The notes under the pieces are model-generated. The model ran no database searches, was not told the origin of the DNA, and was given only the letters and a program-made list of their open reading frames with translations. A stretch of 64,000 bases of DNA. Source: an uncultured Gammaproteobacteria bacterium. Its GTDB lineage: Bacteria > Patescibacteriota > Patescibacteriia > Magasanikbacterales > UBA922. Shown piece by piece: positions 29,833 to 38,660 of the stretch (the first letter of the stretch is position 1; each line of letters opens with the position of its first letter). The stretch lies in assembly GCA_964566225.1 (NCBI GenBank), contig CAZMHV010000002.1:81934-145933 (forward strand). Reading direction: 5' to 3'. Made by a program: the position numbers and the translations under genes.

Positions 29833-31080
29833 ATGTCTTCTGCTCCTTTTTGTATAGAAGCAAAAATTGCTCATGAAAAGAAACAAATCTGGTTCGATAG
29901 TGAACAAAATGCACACCTTATTTGGGAAGGTGAAGAGAAAGTTATTTCAAAAGCACATCAATATAATTTGATTGAATGTACACTTTTTGGTCTCAATGAA
30001 AGATTGACACTCTCATCAACTTCACCGGTTATGGACGACCAGGGGACAACCCTTCGTGATTTATTTAATGAAGAGTGGGAAAAGTATAATGACGCTATTA
30101 CTAATGCTCTCGGAATTCAAGTGGATTATGGTTACTATGCCTATTACCCTGAAAAATGTGATTTGGTGTGGTATGCACCACCTTTTTGGCACAAAGTTGT
30201 TTCCGTAGCAAGTAGTTCAAAGCTTCTCGCAGATAAAGAAAAAAAATTATCTTGGAAGCAAATACGAAAAATTTTAGAAGAAACCACTATCGCCGTAGCT
30301 GGTTGTAGTGTTGGAAGTAATGTGGCTCATATGGTTGTCATGGATATGCGTCCTAACCATATAAAATTGGCTGACAAAAGTCTCTATAAAATGGAAAACA
30401 TCAACCGTGTTCGTTTACAGTATAATGAAATTGTCAAAAGTAATGCGCAAAGAGGGGATTCACTGAGTCTCCCATTTCAAAACAAAGCCGAGACCGTAGC
30501 TCGTCAGCTTTGGGCGATTGATCCATATATTTTTATTGATGTTTTTGCTCAAGGGGTTCACGAAGGAAACGTCAATGAATTTCTTACCAAAAATGATGGA
30601 GTTTCTCCAATTGATTTTTTGGTAGAAGAAGTTGACGACCCAAAGGTAAAGATTTTTTTGAGGCAAGAAGCTCGGAAACGAAAAATTCCACTTCTCATGG
30701 TCACAGATATTGGTTCTTGTGTCCAAATGGATATTCTCCGTTTTGACCTTGATGAAAATACTTCGTATACCTATGCAGCGAGTGATGAGGCACTCCTCTT
30801 AGCAAATGAGGCGGTGATCAGAGAATCTGGTAATAAAAAAGTTTTTTTTGAATTTGTGGATACGCTTATTGGCAGAGATTATGACTGCGACGAACTTTCG
30901 GATATTTTGCATGGGCGCTCAGAAGTTCCTACTTCTACGATTATTCCACAGCTTGGTTCCACCGCAGCTATGGCTGGTGCCATTGCTGCCGAAGCTATTG
31001 CTCGTATTCGTCTCGGTGAGGTGTATCCACCTCGTATGATTATCAATAAAAAGACGTTTGAAGTGAAAATATATCACTAA
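29833..31080 (+). CDS. ThiF/MoeB/E1-like adenylyltransferase-fold protein
   Basis: TIAVAGCSVGSNVAHMVV (GxGxxG Rossmann) followed by D…L…NxNR spacing as in E1-like enzymes; C-terminal GSTAAMAGAIAAEAI. Confidence 0.55.
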   Translation: MSSAPFCIEAKIAHEKKQIWFDSEQNAHLIWEGEEKVISKAHQYNLIECTLFGLNERLTLSSTSPVMDDQGTTLRDLFNEEWEKYNDAITNALGIQVDYGYYAYYPEKCDLVWYAPPFWHKVVSVASSSKLLADKEKKLSWKQIRKILEETTIAVAGCSVGSNVAHMVVMDMRPNHIKLADKSLYKMENINRVRLQYNEIVKSNAQRGDSLSLPFQNKAETVARQLWAIDPYIFIDVFAQGVHEGNVNEFLTKNDGVSPIDFLVEEVDDPKVKIFLRQEARKRKIPLLMVTDIGSCVQMDILRFDLDENTSYTYAASDEALLLANEAVIRESGNKKVFFEFVDTLIGRDYDCDELSDILHGRSEVPTSTIIPQLGSTAAMAGAIAAEAIARIRLGEVYPPRMIINKKTFEVKIYH

Positions 31081-32186
31081 ATTTTTGAGGGTAAGAGAAC
31101 TTCCTCAACGGGGACTCTTGGAGTATGTGGCCTTTGTAAATCTTTTTGGTCTTTAATATACCCCATTCGAAAAACGGCGGTAATTCGTTTACTGGTGCCA
31201 AGTGTCGCTGCAAAAATTCTGTTGACCAAAGCGACTTCTACAATTCCAGCATGAACGGCTGTACAAATTTCAAACTGTGTACATGTCAAAAAAATGCGTT
31301 CCAGAGTTTGTCCTGCGGCTATCCAATGTTGGGGATCATCTTTTTCTGCGGTCAAAAATCCAATAAAGGGTGATTTCTCCATAGCAATTTTTCCAGCCAG
31401 GGCAAATTTCAGTCCATCTTCTGGTTGCAGAGACTCTTCTCCTCGGAGTGCTTGGTGGAGACGTAGGGCTTCGTCATCTTGAAGTCCAAATCCTATTCCT
31501 GGCATGCCAAGTAATGACATACTTTCATTTGGCAGTAACCAATCACCAAGTTCTCGACTAAATTTTTTGGAGTTGATTACATACGAATCAGCTTGTCCTT
31601 GAAATTCTGCCATGGCCTGTCGGCGTATGGGATCTCCAATAAGGTGAAGTTCTATACCAGTGTGTTTTCCGGCTTCTTGAATTTTTTGTAAAATTGTTTC
31701 ATCAATAATTTTTTCCCGATCATATTCAGCCCGCATAACTTTTCTATTTGAAATTGCTTTGAGCAGTTGATTGTCTGTCGGGAGGCTTTCTTCAAAGGTG
31801 AGTTCTGCTATGGGAGTATATCGTAAAGTATCTTCAAGTGAGGTGGGGGTGTATTTGTCTTTTTCATTTTCAAATATATGCAAAGAACACTTTTTTCTAT
31901 ATGCTGCGGCAGCGACGACGATGTTTTCTAGAGCACAACCAATGCTAATGACGGACTGTCTTCCTTCTTTGTCAGAGGCAGGGAGAACGCGACTTCTGTC
32001 GAGGTATATTGTTATTTCATAAGATTTTTCTGAAATAAAAAATGCCCAAGGTTGGACGTTATGTGTATTTGGTGCAAGGGTTGCCAATTGTATGAAGTAA
32101 CGAAGTTGTTCAAAATTTGAAAGTAAAGCAAACTCTTGTTCTGAAAAAATTTTTGTACTCGAAATTGAAATATTTTCAACAGACAT
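31077..32186 (-). CDS. nitroreductase-family protein (tandem nitroreductase-like fold, SagB/McbC-type dehydrogenase-like)
   Basis: NVQPWAF motif and the second half GMPGIGFG…; 369 aa. Confidence 0.55.
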   Translation of the reverse strand: MSVENISISSTKIFSEQEFALLSNFEQLRYFIQLATLAPNTHNVQPWAFFISEKSYEITIYLDRSRVLPASDKEGRQSVISIGCALENIVVAAAAYRKKCSLHIFENEKDKYTPTSLEDTLRYTPIAELTFEESLPTDNQLLKAISNRKVMRAEYDREKIIDETILQKIQEAGKHTGIELHLIGDPIRRQAMAEFQGQADSYVINSKKFSRELGDWLLPNESMSLLGMPGIGFGLQDDEALRLHQALRGEESLQPEDGLKFALAGKIAMEKSPFIGFLTAEKDDPQHWIAAGQTLERIFLTCTQFEICTAVHAGIVEVALVNRIFAATLGTSKRITAVFRMGYIKDQKDLQRPHTPRVPVEEVLLPSKI

Positions 32187-32258
32187 ATTTTGTGAAGTTT
32201 GTTAAAATGAGATATACTGTAGAGAGAAAATAAAATTATTTTCGTTGTTACTATTTTT

Positions 32259-33908
32259 ATGAACTTGGTTATCACTCAAGATATTGAAATTGTACTCGGT
32301 ATTCTTACATTTATTGCATCAACTTCACTTGGGTTTCTAGTATATAAGAATAATAAAAAGAGTGCAACCAATAAATTATTTCTTTTTTTAGCACTGTTTA
32401 TTGATTTGTACATTTTTGTCAACTATGTCTCACTGCATCCACCAAGCACTGATCCACAAGTACAGTTGTTTTGGATCCGAATTGTCATGATGGTGTGTTC
32501 CTTTCTCGGCCCTATCCTCATTTTGTTGGTGCATACGTTCCCAAGAGAAAAAATCACTCTCAGGTTGCGATATATTGTTTCACTTGGGATACTCATGCTC
32601 AGTTCTGCGGTTGCATCTATTACTCCTCTTGTTTTTTCGTCTATAAACTTTCCCGAAGGTAAGCCCGTACCAGTTCCAGGTCCAGGAATTCCTATTTTTT
32701 TTCTTGATTTTATTGGTCTTTTCTTACTCAGTTTTATTATATTGATTGTCAAATATCGCAGAGCAAAGGGTGAAGAAAAACAAAAACTTTTTTCATTTCT
32801 CTTGGGTGTAATTATTTCTTTTTCACTGATGGGTATTTCCACAGTAACGTTTGTGGTTATCTTAAAAACGTCTGCTGCTGTTTTTTTGGGTCCAATTTTT
32901 CCAGTCATCCTCATGACGTGTATTGCTTATGCTATTGTGAAGCATAAAATATTTAACGTTCAAGTTTTTTCGACACAGGCACTCATGGCAACAATTTATA
33001 TTGTTCTTTTTTCCAAAATATTTTTTTCGCAAACACTCATTGCACGAGTAGTTGATGCGGTTCTTTTTTTGATTGTGACTGTGGTCGGAATTTTACTTGT
33101 TGGAAGTGTACGTCGTGAAATTGAGCAACGCGATCAACTTGCCGCTCTTGCTAATTCCTTGGAGAGAGCCAATCTACGTCTCAAAGAACTTGATCAACAA
33201 AAAACAGAGTTTCTTTCTATTGCCTCACACCAATTACGTACACCGTTATCTATTATTAAGGGGTATATTGAACTTATTGAAGACGGTGTCTATGGCAAAC
33301 TTCCGAAGAAGGCTGAACCCGTACTTGTTGACATGAATGAAAGTAATGAACGTCTTGTAAAGCTTGTGGATGAATTTTTGGATATTACTCGTATTGAACA
33401 AGAACGAACCAAATTTAACTTTGAAAAATTGGACTTAAAAGATACTATTGCGAGTGTTCTCAAAGAACTTTCTCAAAAATCCAAGAGTAAACGTCTGGTT
33501 GTCCAAACAGACATTCTTCCCAAAGATACTGTGGTTGATATGGACGAAGAAAAAATTCGTCATGTAGTGTTTAATTTTGTGGATAACGCTATTAAATATA
33601 GTGACAAAGGGACTATCAAAGTCTCTGTAAACGAAGAAGATTCAGGATTTTGTCTTCGTGTAAAAGACCAGGGTTTTGGTTTTGAAAAAGAAGATGAAGT
33701 GAATTTTTTCCAAAAATTTTATCGTGGCAAAAATGTTGTTGGAACCAATGTAAATGGTACTGGACTTGGTATTTATGTTTGCAAAAAATTTATTGAAGCG
33801 CATGGTGGCAAAGTATGGGCCAAGAGTCCAGGGCTTGGTAAGGGAAGTGAATTTGGATTTTGGATTCCCAAAATACATCAACCGTTGGCAAAATCAAACA
33901 ATGAATAA
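32259..33908 (+). CDS. membrane sensor histidine kinase
   Basis: About 7 N-terminal TM helices, HisKA (SIASHQLRTPLS) and HATPase_c (GTGLGIYVCKKFIEAHGG). Confidence 0.85.
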   Translation: MNLVITQDIEIVLGILTFIASTSLGFLVYKNNKKSATNKLFLFLALFIDLYIFVNYVSLHPPSTDPQVQLFWIRIVMMVCSFLGPILILLVHTFPREKITLRLRYIVSLGILMLSSAVASITPLVFSSINFPEGKPVPVPGPGIPIFFLDFIGLFLLSFIILIVKYRRAKGEEKQKLFSFLLGVIISFSLMGISTVTFVVILKTSAAVFLGPIFPVILMTCIAYAIVKHKIFNVQVFSTQALMATIYIVLFSKIFFSQTLIARVVDAVLFLIVTVVGILLVGSVRREIEQRDQLAALANSLERANLRLKELDQQKTEFLSIASHQLRTPLSIIKGYIELIEDGVYGKLPKKAEPVLVDMNESNERLVKLVDEFLDITRIEQERTKFNFEKLDLKDTIASVLKELSQKSKSKRLVVQTDILPKDTVVDMDEEKIRHVVFNFVDNAIKYSDKGTIKVSVNEEDSGFCLRVKDQGFGFEKEDEVNFFQKFYRGKNVVGTNVNGTGLGIYVCKKFIEAHGGKVWAKSPGLGKGSEFGFWIPKIHQPLAKSNNE

Positions 33909-34002
33909 TTTTAGTATACAGTCATTGTTTTTTCTTTGAATTTTTTGTATACTTATCTGATATAAGTTTTGTAACTTACTTGTTAATATCTATTTCTTTT
34001 TT

Positions 34003-34488
34003 ATGTTTCAAAAACCTTCTCCACAAATTGCACTCAGTCAAGTTGAAGAACCTTCGTATAGTCATCAGCCAAGTCCTCGTGCTGATGAAGTTGAAACCGT
34101 CGTGGGGCCTTCTGTGCAGGTAGAAGGAGATTTTTCGTCAGAAGGAAATATTATTGTAAAAGGAACCGTATCTGGAAGTGTAAAGACAAGTAAATTACTT
34201 TCGGTTGAAAATGGGGCTCGTATTTTGGCCAATGTTCGTGCTGGAAATGCAAGTATCGCGGGTCAAGTAAAAGGAAATATTATGGTTGATGATCGTGTTG
34301 AGCTCATGTCAACTGCTGAAATTTTTGGAGACATCCACTGCTTGACCTTGGTTGTGGCTCCTGGAGCCGTGCTCCAAGGCAAGGTAAATATGCGTCCAGA
34401 TGAAGAAAAATCTGAGAGAAAAGTGAAACTTCCTCTCCGTTCAAAATCAAGAACTTTTGAAGATACTGGTTCACTGCAGAGCGAATAA
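34003..34488 (+). CDS. bactofilin-family cytoskeletal protein
   Basis: Repetitive beta-helix pattern V-G-x-V-x-G-x-I characteristic of bactofilin/DUF583. Confidence 0.65.
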   Translation: MFQKPSPQIALSQVEEPSYSHQPSPRADEVETVVGPSVQVEGDFSSEGNIIVKGTVSGSVKTSKLLSVENGARILANVRAGNASIAGQVKGNIMVDDRVELMSTAEIFGDIHCLTLVVAPGAVLQGKVNMRPDEEKSERKVKLPLRSKSRTFEDTGSLQSE

Positions 34489-34508
34489 GCGGTTAATAGG
34501 GACACTTT

Positions 34509-35273
34509 ATGTACCTGTATCTCTATGACGACGCCCTCAAAAACAAGAAGTATAGTTCAACCCTCAAGGCTATAGAAACCAGGTTGACAGATCTTGGAAT
34601 TGCTGGTAAAATAGTCCGGCTTGCGCATTTTAGCAATGCTCAGGCCGTGATTGAAGAAGAGTTCAAAAGAGGGTATACCACGGTAGTTATCGTGGGCAAT
34701 GACACTACTTTTGGCAATATTCTCTCTCGCGCGGCAACCTGCCGGGTCGTCTTTGGCTTTTTGCCAATTGGACCAAACAATACGATTGCTGAAGTACTGG
34801 GTATTCCACTTGGTGTAGATGCCTGTGATGTACTCTCTCGCCGGCGCAAGGTTCTCCTTGACGCTGGGTGGGTCAACAATCGGTACTTTGTTTCTCGTCT
34901 TGAAGTATTTCCCCATGATATCATGGTGCAGTATGATGGACTGTTTTCTGTGTCTTCCAAAAATCAAAAAATGGAGCTGGTGGTCTGCAATTTGCAACCA
35001 TATTTTTGGAAGGACAATAAAAATCAAAACAAAGTAATTCGTCCCCAAGATGGAAAACTGGAAGCCTTTCTTCACCCAGTCAAAAAGCGCAAACTTTTTG
35101 GTGGGTATGAGTACGAGGATCCAAGTATTTTCCCTTTTGAAGAAATGGAAGTTTCGAGTAAAACTCCGTTTGTCGTAGAAGCCGATGGAAAACGCTCCAA
35201 AGAAGTAAAAATAACAATCAAACTTGCCAAAGGTCAAATTGAAATGATTGTTGGTAAGCAGAGAAAATTTTAA
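34509..35273 (+). CDS. diacylglycerol-kinase catalytic-domain lipid kinase (YegS/DagK family)
   Basis: VVIVGNDTTFGNIL…LPIGPNNTIAEVLGIP matches the DAGK_cat GGDGT…P.GTGND motifs. Confidence 0.6.
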   Translation: MYLYLYDDALKNKKYSSTLKAIETRLTDLGIAGKIVRLAHFSNAQAVIEEEFKRGYTTVVIVGNDTTFGNILSRAATCRVVFGFLPIGPNNTIAEVLGIPLGVDACDVLSRRRKVLLDAGWVNNRYFVSRLEVFPHDIMVQYDGLFSVSSKNQKMELVVCNLQPYFWKDNKNQNKVIRPQDGKLEAFLHPVKKRKLFGGYEYEDPSIFPFEEMEVSSKTPFVVEADGKRSKEVKITIKLAKGQIEMIVGKQRKF

Positions 35274-35275
35274 AC

Positions 35276-35359
35276 GCTCAGGTGGCGAAATTGGTAGACG
35301 CACTACCTTGAGGTGGTAGCGCTCGCAAGGGCATGGAGGTTCGAGTCCTCTCCTGAGCA
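35276..35359 (+). tRNA. tRNA-Leu (anticodon GAG)
   Basis: GCTCAGG acceptor, 3-bp D-stem, anticodon loop TTGAGGT, long variable arm, T-loop TTCGAGT, 3' CCTGAGCA. Confidence 0.8.
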
Positions 35360-35363
35360 CGAA

Positions 35364-35403
35364 ATAAAGAAGTACCTTTTGGTGCTTCTTTATTTTGTTT
35401 TTT
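35364..35403 (+). terminator. rho-independent terminator after tRNA-Leu
   Basis: aataaagaag…cttctttatt stem then ttgttttttg. Confidence 0.6.
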
Positions 35404-35509
35404 GTGATGAGGGTTCGAACTTGGGAAGGGTGAAACCGAGAGGTTTCACTTGCTGAGGAGGGGGTTTGGGGAACCCGAAGGTTCCCCAAAGAGCCCGCAG
35501 GGCGAGTGA

Positions 35510-35527
35510 GAGTCCTCTCCTGAGCAC
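35510..35527 (+). repeat. 18-bp exact direct repeat of the tRNA-Leu 3' end (att-like)
   Basis: gagtcctctcctgagcac at 35343-35360 (inside the tRNA) recurs at 35510-35527. Confidence 0.8.
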
Positions 35528-35701
35528 AGTAAAAAAATTGCTAGAAATAGCAATTTTTTTTATTTTGTAGACTTATTTGACTTGACAGAAGCATAAAGCT
35601 GTGATATTTTCTGTTATTGCTTTGGTTTGTACCTATGCATGACCAATGGTGGCCGTGCATAGTGCGAACGAAACGCGATAACTGCTGAGTGAGGTAATCA
35701 G

Positions 35702-36415
35702 ATGCTTCAGGAATTTTTGAAGAATGTCGAACTGTTGTTCATGGGGCGTGTCCCCATGGTCCTGGTCTACTACCTGTGCCCCCTGCAGGCCTATGACGCC
35801 AAGAAGGCCGAATGGCTCTGCTCTGAGCGGGGCTACAAGTCGGACTTCGGCCCGAACGCCAAGCTCATCACGGTGCTCCAGGGTTTCAACGTCTTCCTGT
35901 ACGTCACCAATCCGGGACGTCTCATCACGCAGCTGCGCGGGTTCCCCCTCGTGGCCGCGTCGGATCTCAACAAGCAGGGGCGCCCCGTGAGCATGGTGAA
36001 GTTTGGCCAGCACATCGAGGTCGGCGTTCGCCCGTTGATTCCTGCATCCGCAGCAGAGATCAGCGCCGACGTCGAGGCTGCCTTCGACTCCACCCATGAG
36101 CCGCCCCATGAGTTGTCTCTCGATGAACTCTTTGACGTCGACGATGGTGGTGATCCTCCGTCCTTGGCAGACCACCCGATCGACACCACCCTCGGTGGGA
36201 TGGGGGAGCTCAGTGACATCACCAGTGTGCGACGCACCCTGGGTCAGGACTTCTCCGGGGGCGACGAAATCTCGGCCTTCGACAATCCCCCGGGCACTCA
36301 GCCCGTCATCGACTTGTCGGCGATCGGGGTGTCCCACGAGGATCCCGCCGCTTCGGTGGAGGTCGAGCTCGAGTCTCTGGTCGGAGAGAATGGGGGTTCC
36401 CGTCCAGGGGACTGA
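35702..36415 (+). CDS. hypothetical protein (high-GC island gene 1)
   Basis: Plus-frame GC3 ~80% identifies this as the coding frame, not the overlapping 35633..36484 minus ORF; acidic disordered C-terminus. Confidence 0.5.
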   Translation: MLQEFLKNVELLFMGRVPMVLVYYLCPLQAYDAKKAEWLCSERGYKSDFGPNAKLITVLQGFNVFLYVTNPGRLITQLRGFPLVAASDLNKQGRPVSMVKFGQHIEVGVRPLIPASAAEISADVEAAFDSTHEPPHELSLDELFDVDDGGDPPSLADHPIDTTLGGMGELSDITSVRRTLGQDFSGGDEISAFDNPPGTQPVIDLSAIGVSHEDPAASVEVELESLVGENGGSRPGD

Positions 36416-36483
36416 CCTGTTCACGACCTCTCCGAGGTCACCAGTGAGCCGCGCCTCAATAAGAGAGGTCGCACGCACGCTCA

Positions 36484-36547
36484 CCCAATGCCGTCCGCAC
36501 TGTGTATTGTTACTAAGAATATACAGTAAGGAGGTTTCGGCATTGGG
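36484..36547. repeat. nested inverted repeat (palindromic element)
   Basis: cccaatgccg…cggcattggg, a 10-bp perfect inverted repeat enclosing actgtgtat…atatacagt. Confidence 0.6.
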
Positions 36548-36552
36548 TGAAA

Positions 36553-36589
36553 ACAGGGAATGATACTTGTGTCATTCCCTGTTTTTTTA
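36553..36589 (+). terminator. rho-independent terminator
   Basis: acagggaatga-tacttgtg-tcattccctgt-ttttttt. Confidence 0.8.
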
Positions 36590-36675
36590 TCTTGACAAAG
36601 CAAAATTTTTATGATATACACACAACGCATCCAAATTCTGGATGAGTCTTTTTACCACTGGTCATATCAAAGGCG

Positions 36676-38139
36676 GTGATTCGCATGAACTCGTTCGCTC
36701 GTGTTGTGTCGCGGATTTCTTTTGTCGTCGGCATTCTCTATCTCGGCTATCTGGCCGTGGATGAGTGGTTCGTCCCGAGCTCGAAAAAGGCGGAGGTCAT
36801 CAAGGACCTGAAACTTGATCAGGAAGACCTCTGTTTTGCCTTGGCAAAGGCCGCTGGCAAAACCCTCAATTCGAACAAGGGAACTTCGATCTCTGTGAGC
36901 CGGTTTGGTGGGGTTCAGACGGACTCCCTGGTCTTTTTGGCCAAGAAGTGGACTGCTTTTTCGGCGGCTGACTGGGTTGCTTGGGACTATGTTCCGGGCA
37001 AGGGGTGCGCCATCAGCTATGTGATGGGGAAGGTGGGTACCCCACTTGAACCTGAAGACGTGGTCATTCGTATTGAAGGACCTCTCGATACTGTGTGGGA
37101 CGAGTTCGCCTCGGTCTCAGGCCATTCCGCCCTTCCTACCTTGGCCAATTCTCAGTTCATGCTCTTGGCAACTGGTGGGGAATGGACCCCTGATGTGTTT
37201 GCTCAGGCGGCACGCCAGAACTACACTGGTGTGATCGAGGCACTTTCCCTGGTTGAGAATGATGCCATCTTCAATCGTCGGGTCACGTTGTACAACAACG
37301 CGCTCCAAGTGATTGATGAATGGGTGCATGCCTGGCGTTCGTATCAGATGAACCATCGAGCGCAACAGGTGGGGATTCTCTTGCTGGCGTTGCTTGTCGA
37401 ATTCATCTGGTTCTACTTCCGTGTTCGGGCGTATTCGCAGGGCATTGTCTGGCTGGTGGTCCACTTTTTTTCGGGCTGTGAAGCCTCAAGCAAGAATCAA
37501 GTGGTCAAGCTGTCCAAGAAAGATGTCCCTGCCCCTGCTGTGCAGGAGGTTCTTCCTTCTGGCCCCAAGCCCTTGACTCTGTCCGATTTGCTCTCGCGGG
37601 CATCTTCGGTCGGAGGAGAAGTGCTTCGCGGTCTCGTTGCTGCATCGTTGGGATCGTCTCCTACGGCAGACTCCCTTCGTGTGGCCAACGACAAAGTCTC
37701 GGCGGTTCAGGGTCATGGCGATTTGCTCACCTCGGCTCGTCGTTTCGGCGAGGATACCGTTGCCGAGTGCATGGACTATCTGTTTGAGGGCCAACTGGGC
37801 TCTGCACAGCAGCTCATCCGTCAGAAAGAGTACCAGCGCATCAGCGGGGATCTTCGGACGGCTTCGTTCCAGCTCGGTGTCGAGGCTCAGGTGGATGAAC
37901 TTCTCTATCAAGGATCGATTGAGGAGGCTCGCAAGGTCATTGAGTCAGCCCGAGCTCGAATCGGGTTTCAGGCTCAAATCCAGAACCTTCGAGCCTGGGT
38001 GAAAGACCACTCTCGCGATCTGGATCCTCATCTGCTCATTCGAGTGGCGTCGTTCGATCCGAAGGCTCCCGGGGCTCACAAAGAGTTGAATCGTCTCGAG
38101 CGAGAGGTTCAGGCCGTCAAGACCCGATTGGGTCTCTGA
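36676..38139 (+). CDS. hypothetical membrane protein (high-GC island gene 2)
   Basis: 487 aa; N-terminal TM and a central double TM; GC-rich codon usage (tcg/ctc/gcc). Confidence 0.5.
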   Translation: MIRMNSFARVVSRISFVVGILYLGYLAVDEWFVPSSKKAEVIKDLKLDQEDLCFALAKAAGKTLNSNKGTSISVSRFGGVQTDSLVFLAKKWTAFSAADWVAWDYVPGKGCAISYVMGKVGTPLEPEDVVIRIEGPLDTVWDEFASVSGHSALPTLANSQFMLLATGGEWTPDVFAQAARQNYTGVIEALSLVENDAIFNRRVTLYNNALQVIDEWVHAWRSYQMNHRAQQVGILLLALLVEFIWFYFRVRAYSQGIVWLVVHFFSGCEASSKNQVVKLSKKDVPAPAVQEVLPSGPKPLTLSDLLSRASSVGGEVLRGLVAASLGSSPTADSLRVANDKVSAVQGHGDLLTSARRFGEDTVAECMDYLFEGQLGSAQQLIRQKEYQRISGDLRTASFQLGVEAQVDELLYQGSIEEARKVIESARARIGFQAQIQNLRAWVKDHSRDLDPHLLIRVASFDPKAPGAHKELNRLEREVQAVKTRLGL

Positions 38140-38207
38140 AGTCTCGCACTGTTTTCAACTCCAACCATTTTTAACAACAACAAACAAGGAGGGAAAGGGA
38201 GGGGAAA

Positions 38208-38240
38208 CAAAAACAGTCCAGAGTATGGACTGTTTTTGTT
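38208..38240. terminator. bidirectional hairpin terminator
   Basis: acagtcc-agagtat-ggactgt flanked by an A-run on one side and a T-run on the other; serves the island gene (+) and rnpB (-). Confidence 0.7.
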
Positions 38241-38660
38241 TGTCTTTTCTTGCTATAAGCCGAATTTTGTGTCCCTTGCGGGCGACGATCATTTCTCTTG
38301 ATCACACATTGCTGGGTGATTCTAGCGAGCGAACTTTTCGCATTTCTCCGCTTCGGTGCGCTGGCTAACAAGTGTTCGCCAAGCGTAACGAAGTGAAGTC
38401 GCGCTGCTCTTTCTCCAAGTAGGGCTTACCACGATTGCACATTTCTGTGCAACGAGTAGAGTAGCCTTGCGACTTCTCTACACTTTTCACCTTTCACCAC
38501 CTTGCGGTGGCTAGTATTGTCTCTGTGGTGCTATCCCGCTCACAAACTTCACAGTTTGGAGGGTGGGCGTTACCCACTACTTTTTTTCCCGGCTTGCACC
38601 AGGGGAGTTCGGACTTTCCTCATTCTGGCAAGCCAGAAAGCGATCATCTACAAGAAAAGA
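38241..38660 (-). ncRNA. rnpB: RNase P RNA (bacterial type A-like)
   Basis: Minus strand shows GAGGAAAGUCCGAACUCC (P4 5' strand), GGGUAACGCCC, ACAGAGACAA, GGUGAAAGGUGAAAAG and ACAAAAUUCGGCUUAU (P4 3' strand, compensatory with the 5' strand). The ends form P1: UCUUUUCUUG / CAAGAAAAGA. Confidence 0.8.

Larger units (their letters stand above)
35600..38200. mobile_element. putative horizontally acquired high-GC segment (no integrase/transposase present)
   Basis: GC rises from ~38% to ~58%. The two ORFs have GC3 >75%. The segment is bounded by tRNA-Leu plus the att-like repeat on the left and rnpB on the right. Confidence 0.35.

Noticed and set aside
34557-35489. 310-aa minus-strand ORF
   Set aside because: Overlaps the well-supported DAGK-like gene and tRNA-Leu on the opposite strand; no motifs.
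35401-35527. tmRNA or second tRNA downstream of tRNA-Leu
   Set aside because: Only the 18-nt 3' strand of the tRNA is duplicated; no matching 5' acceptor strand, D-arm or anticodon arm, and no tmRNA tag-reading frame features.
35633-36484. 283-aa ORF on the minus strand inside the high-GC insert
   Set aside because: Its codon third positions coincide with first positions of the plus-strand ORF 35702-36415, which shows GC3 ~80%, the hallmark of the true frame in high-GC DNA; the minus ORF is a GC-composition artefact.
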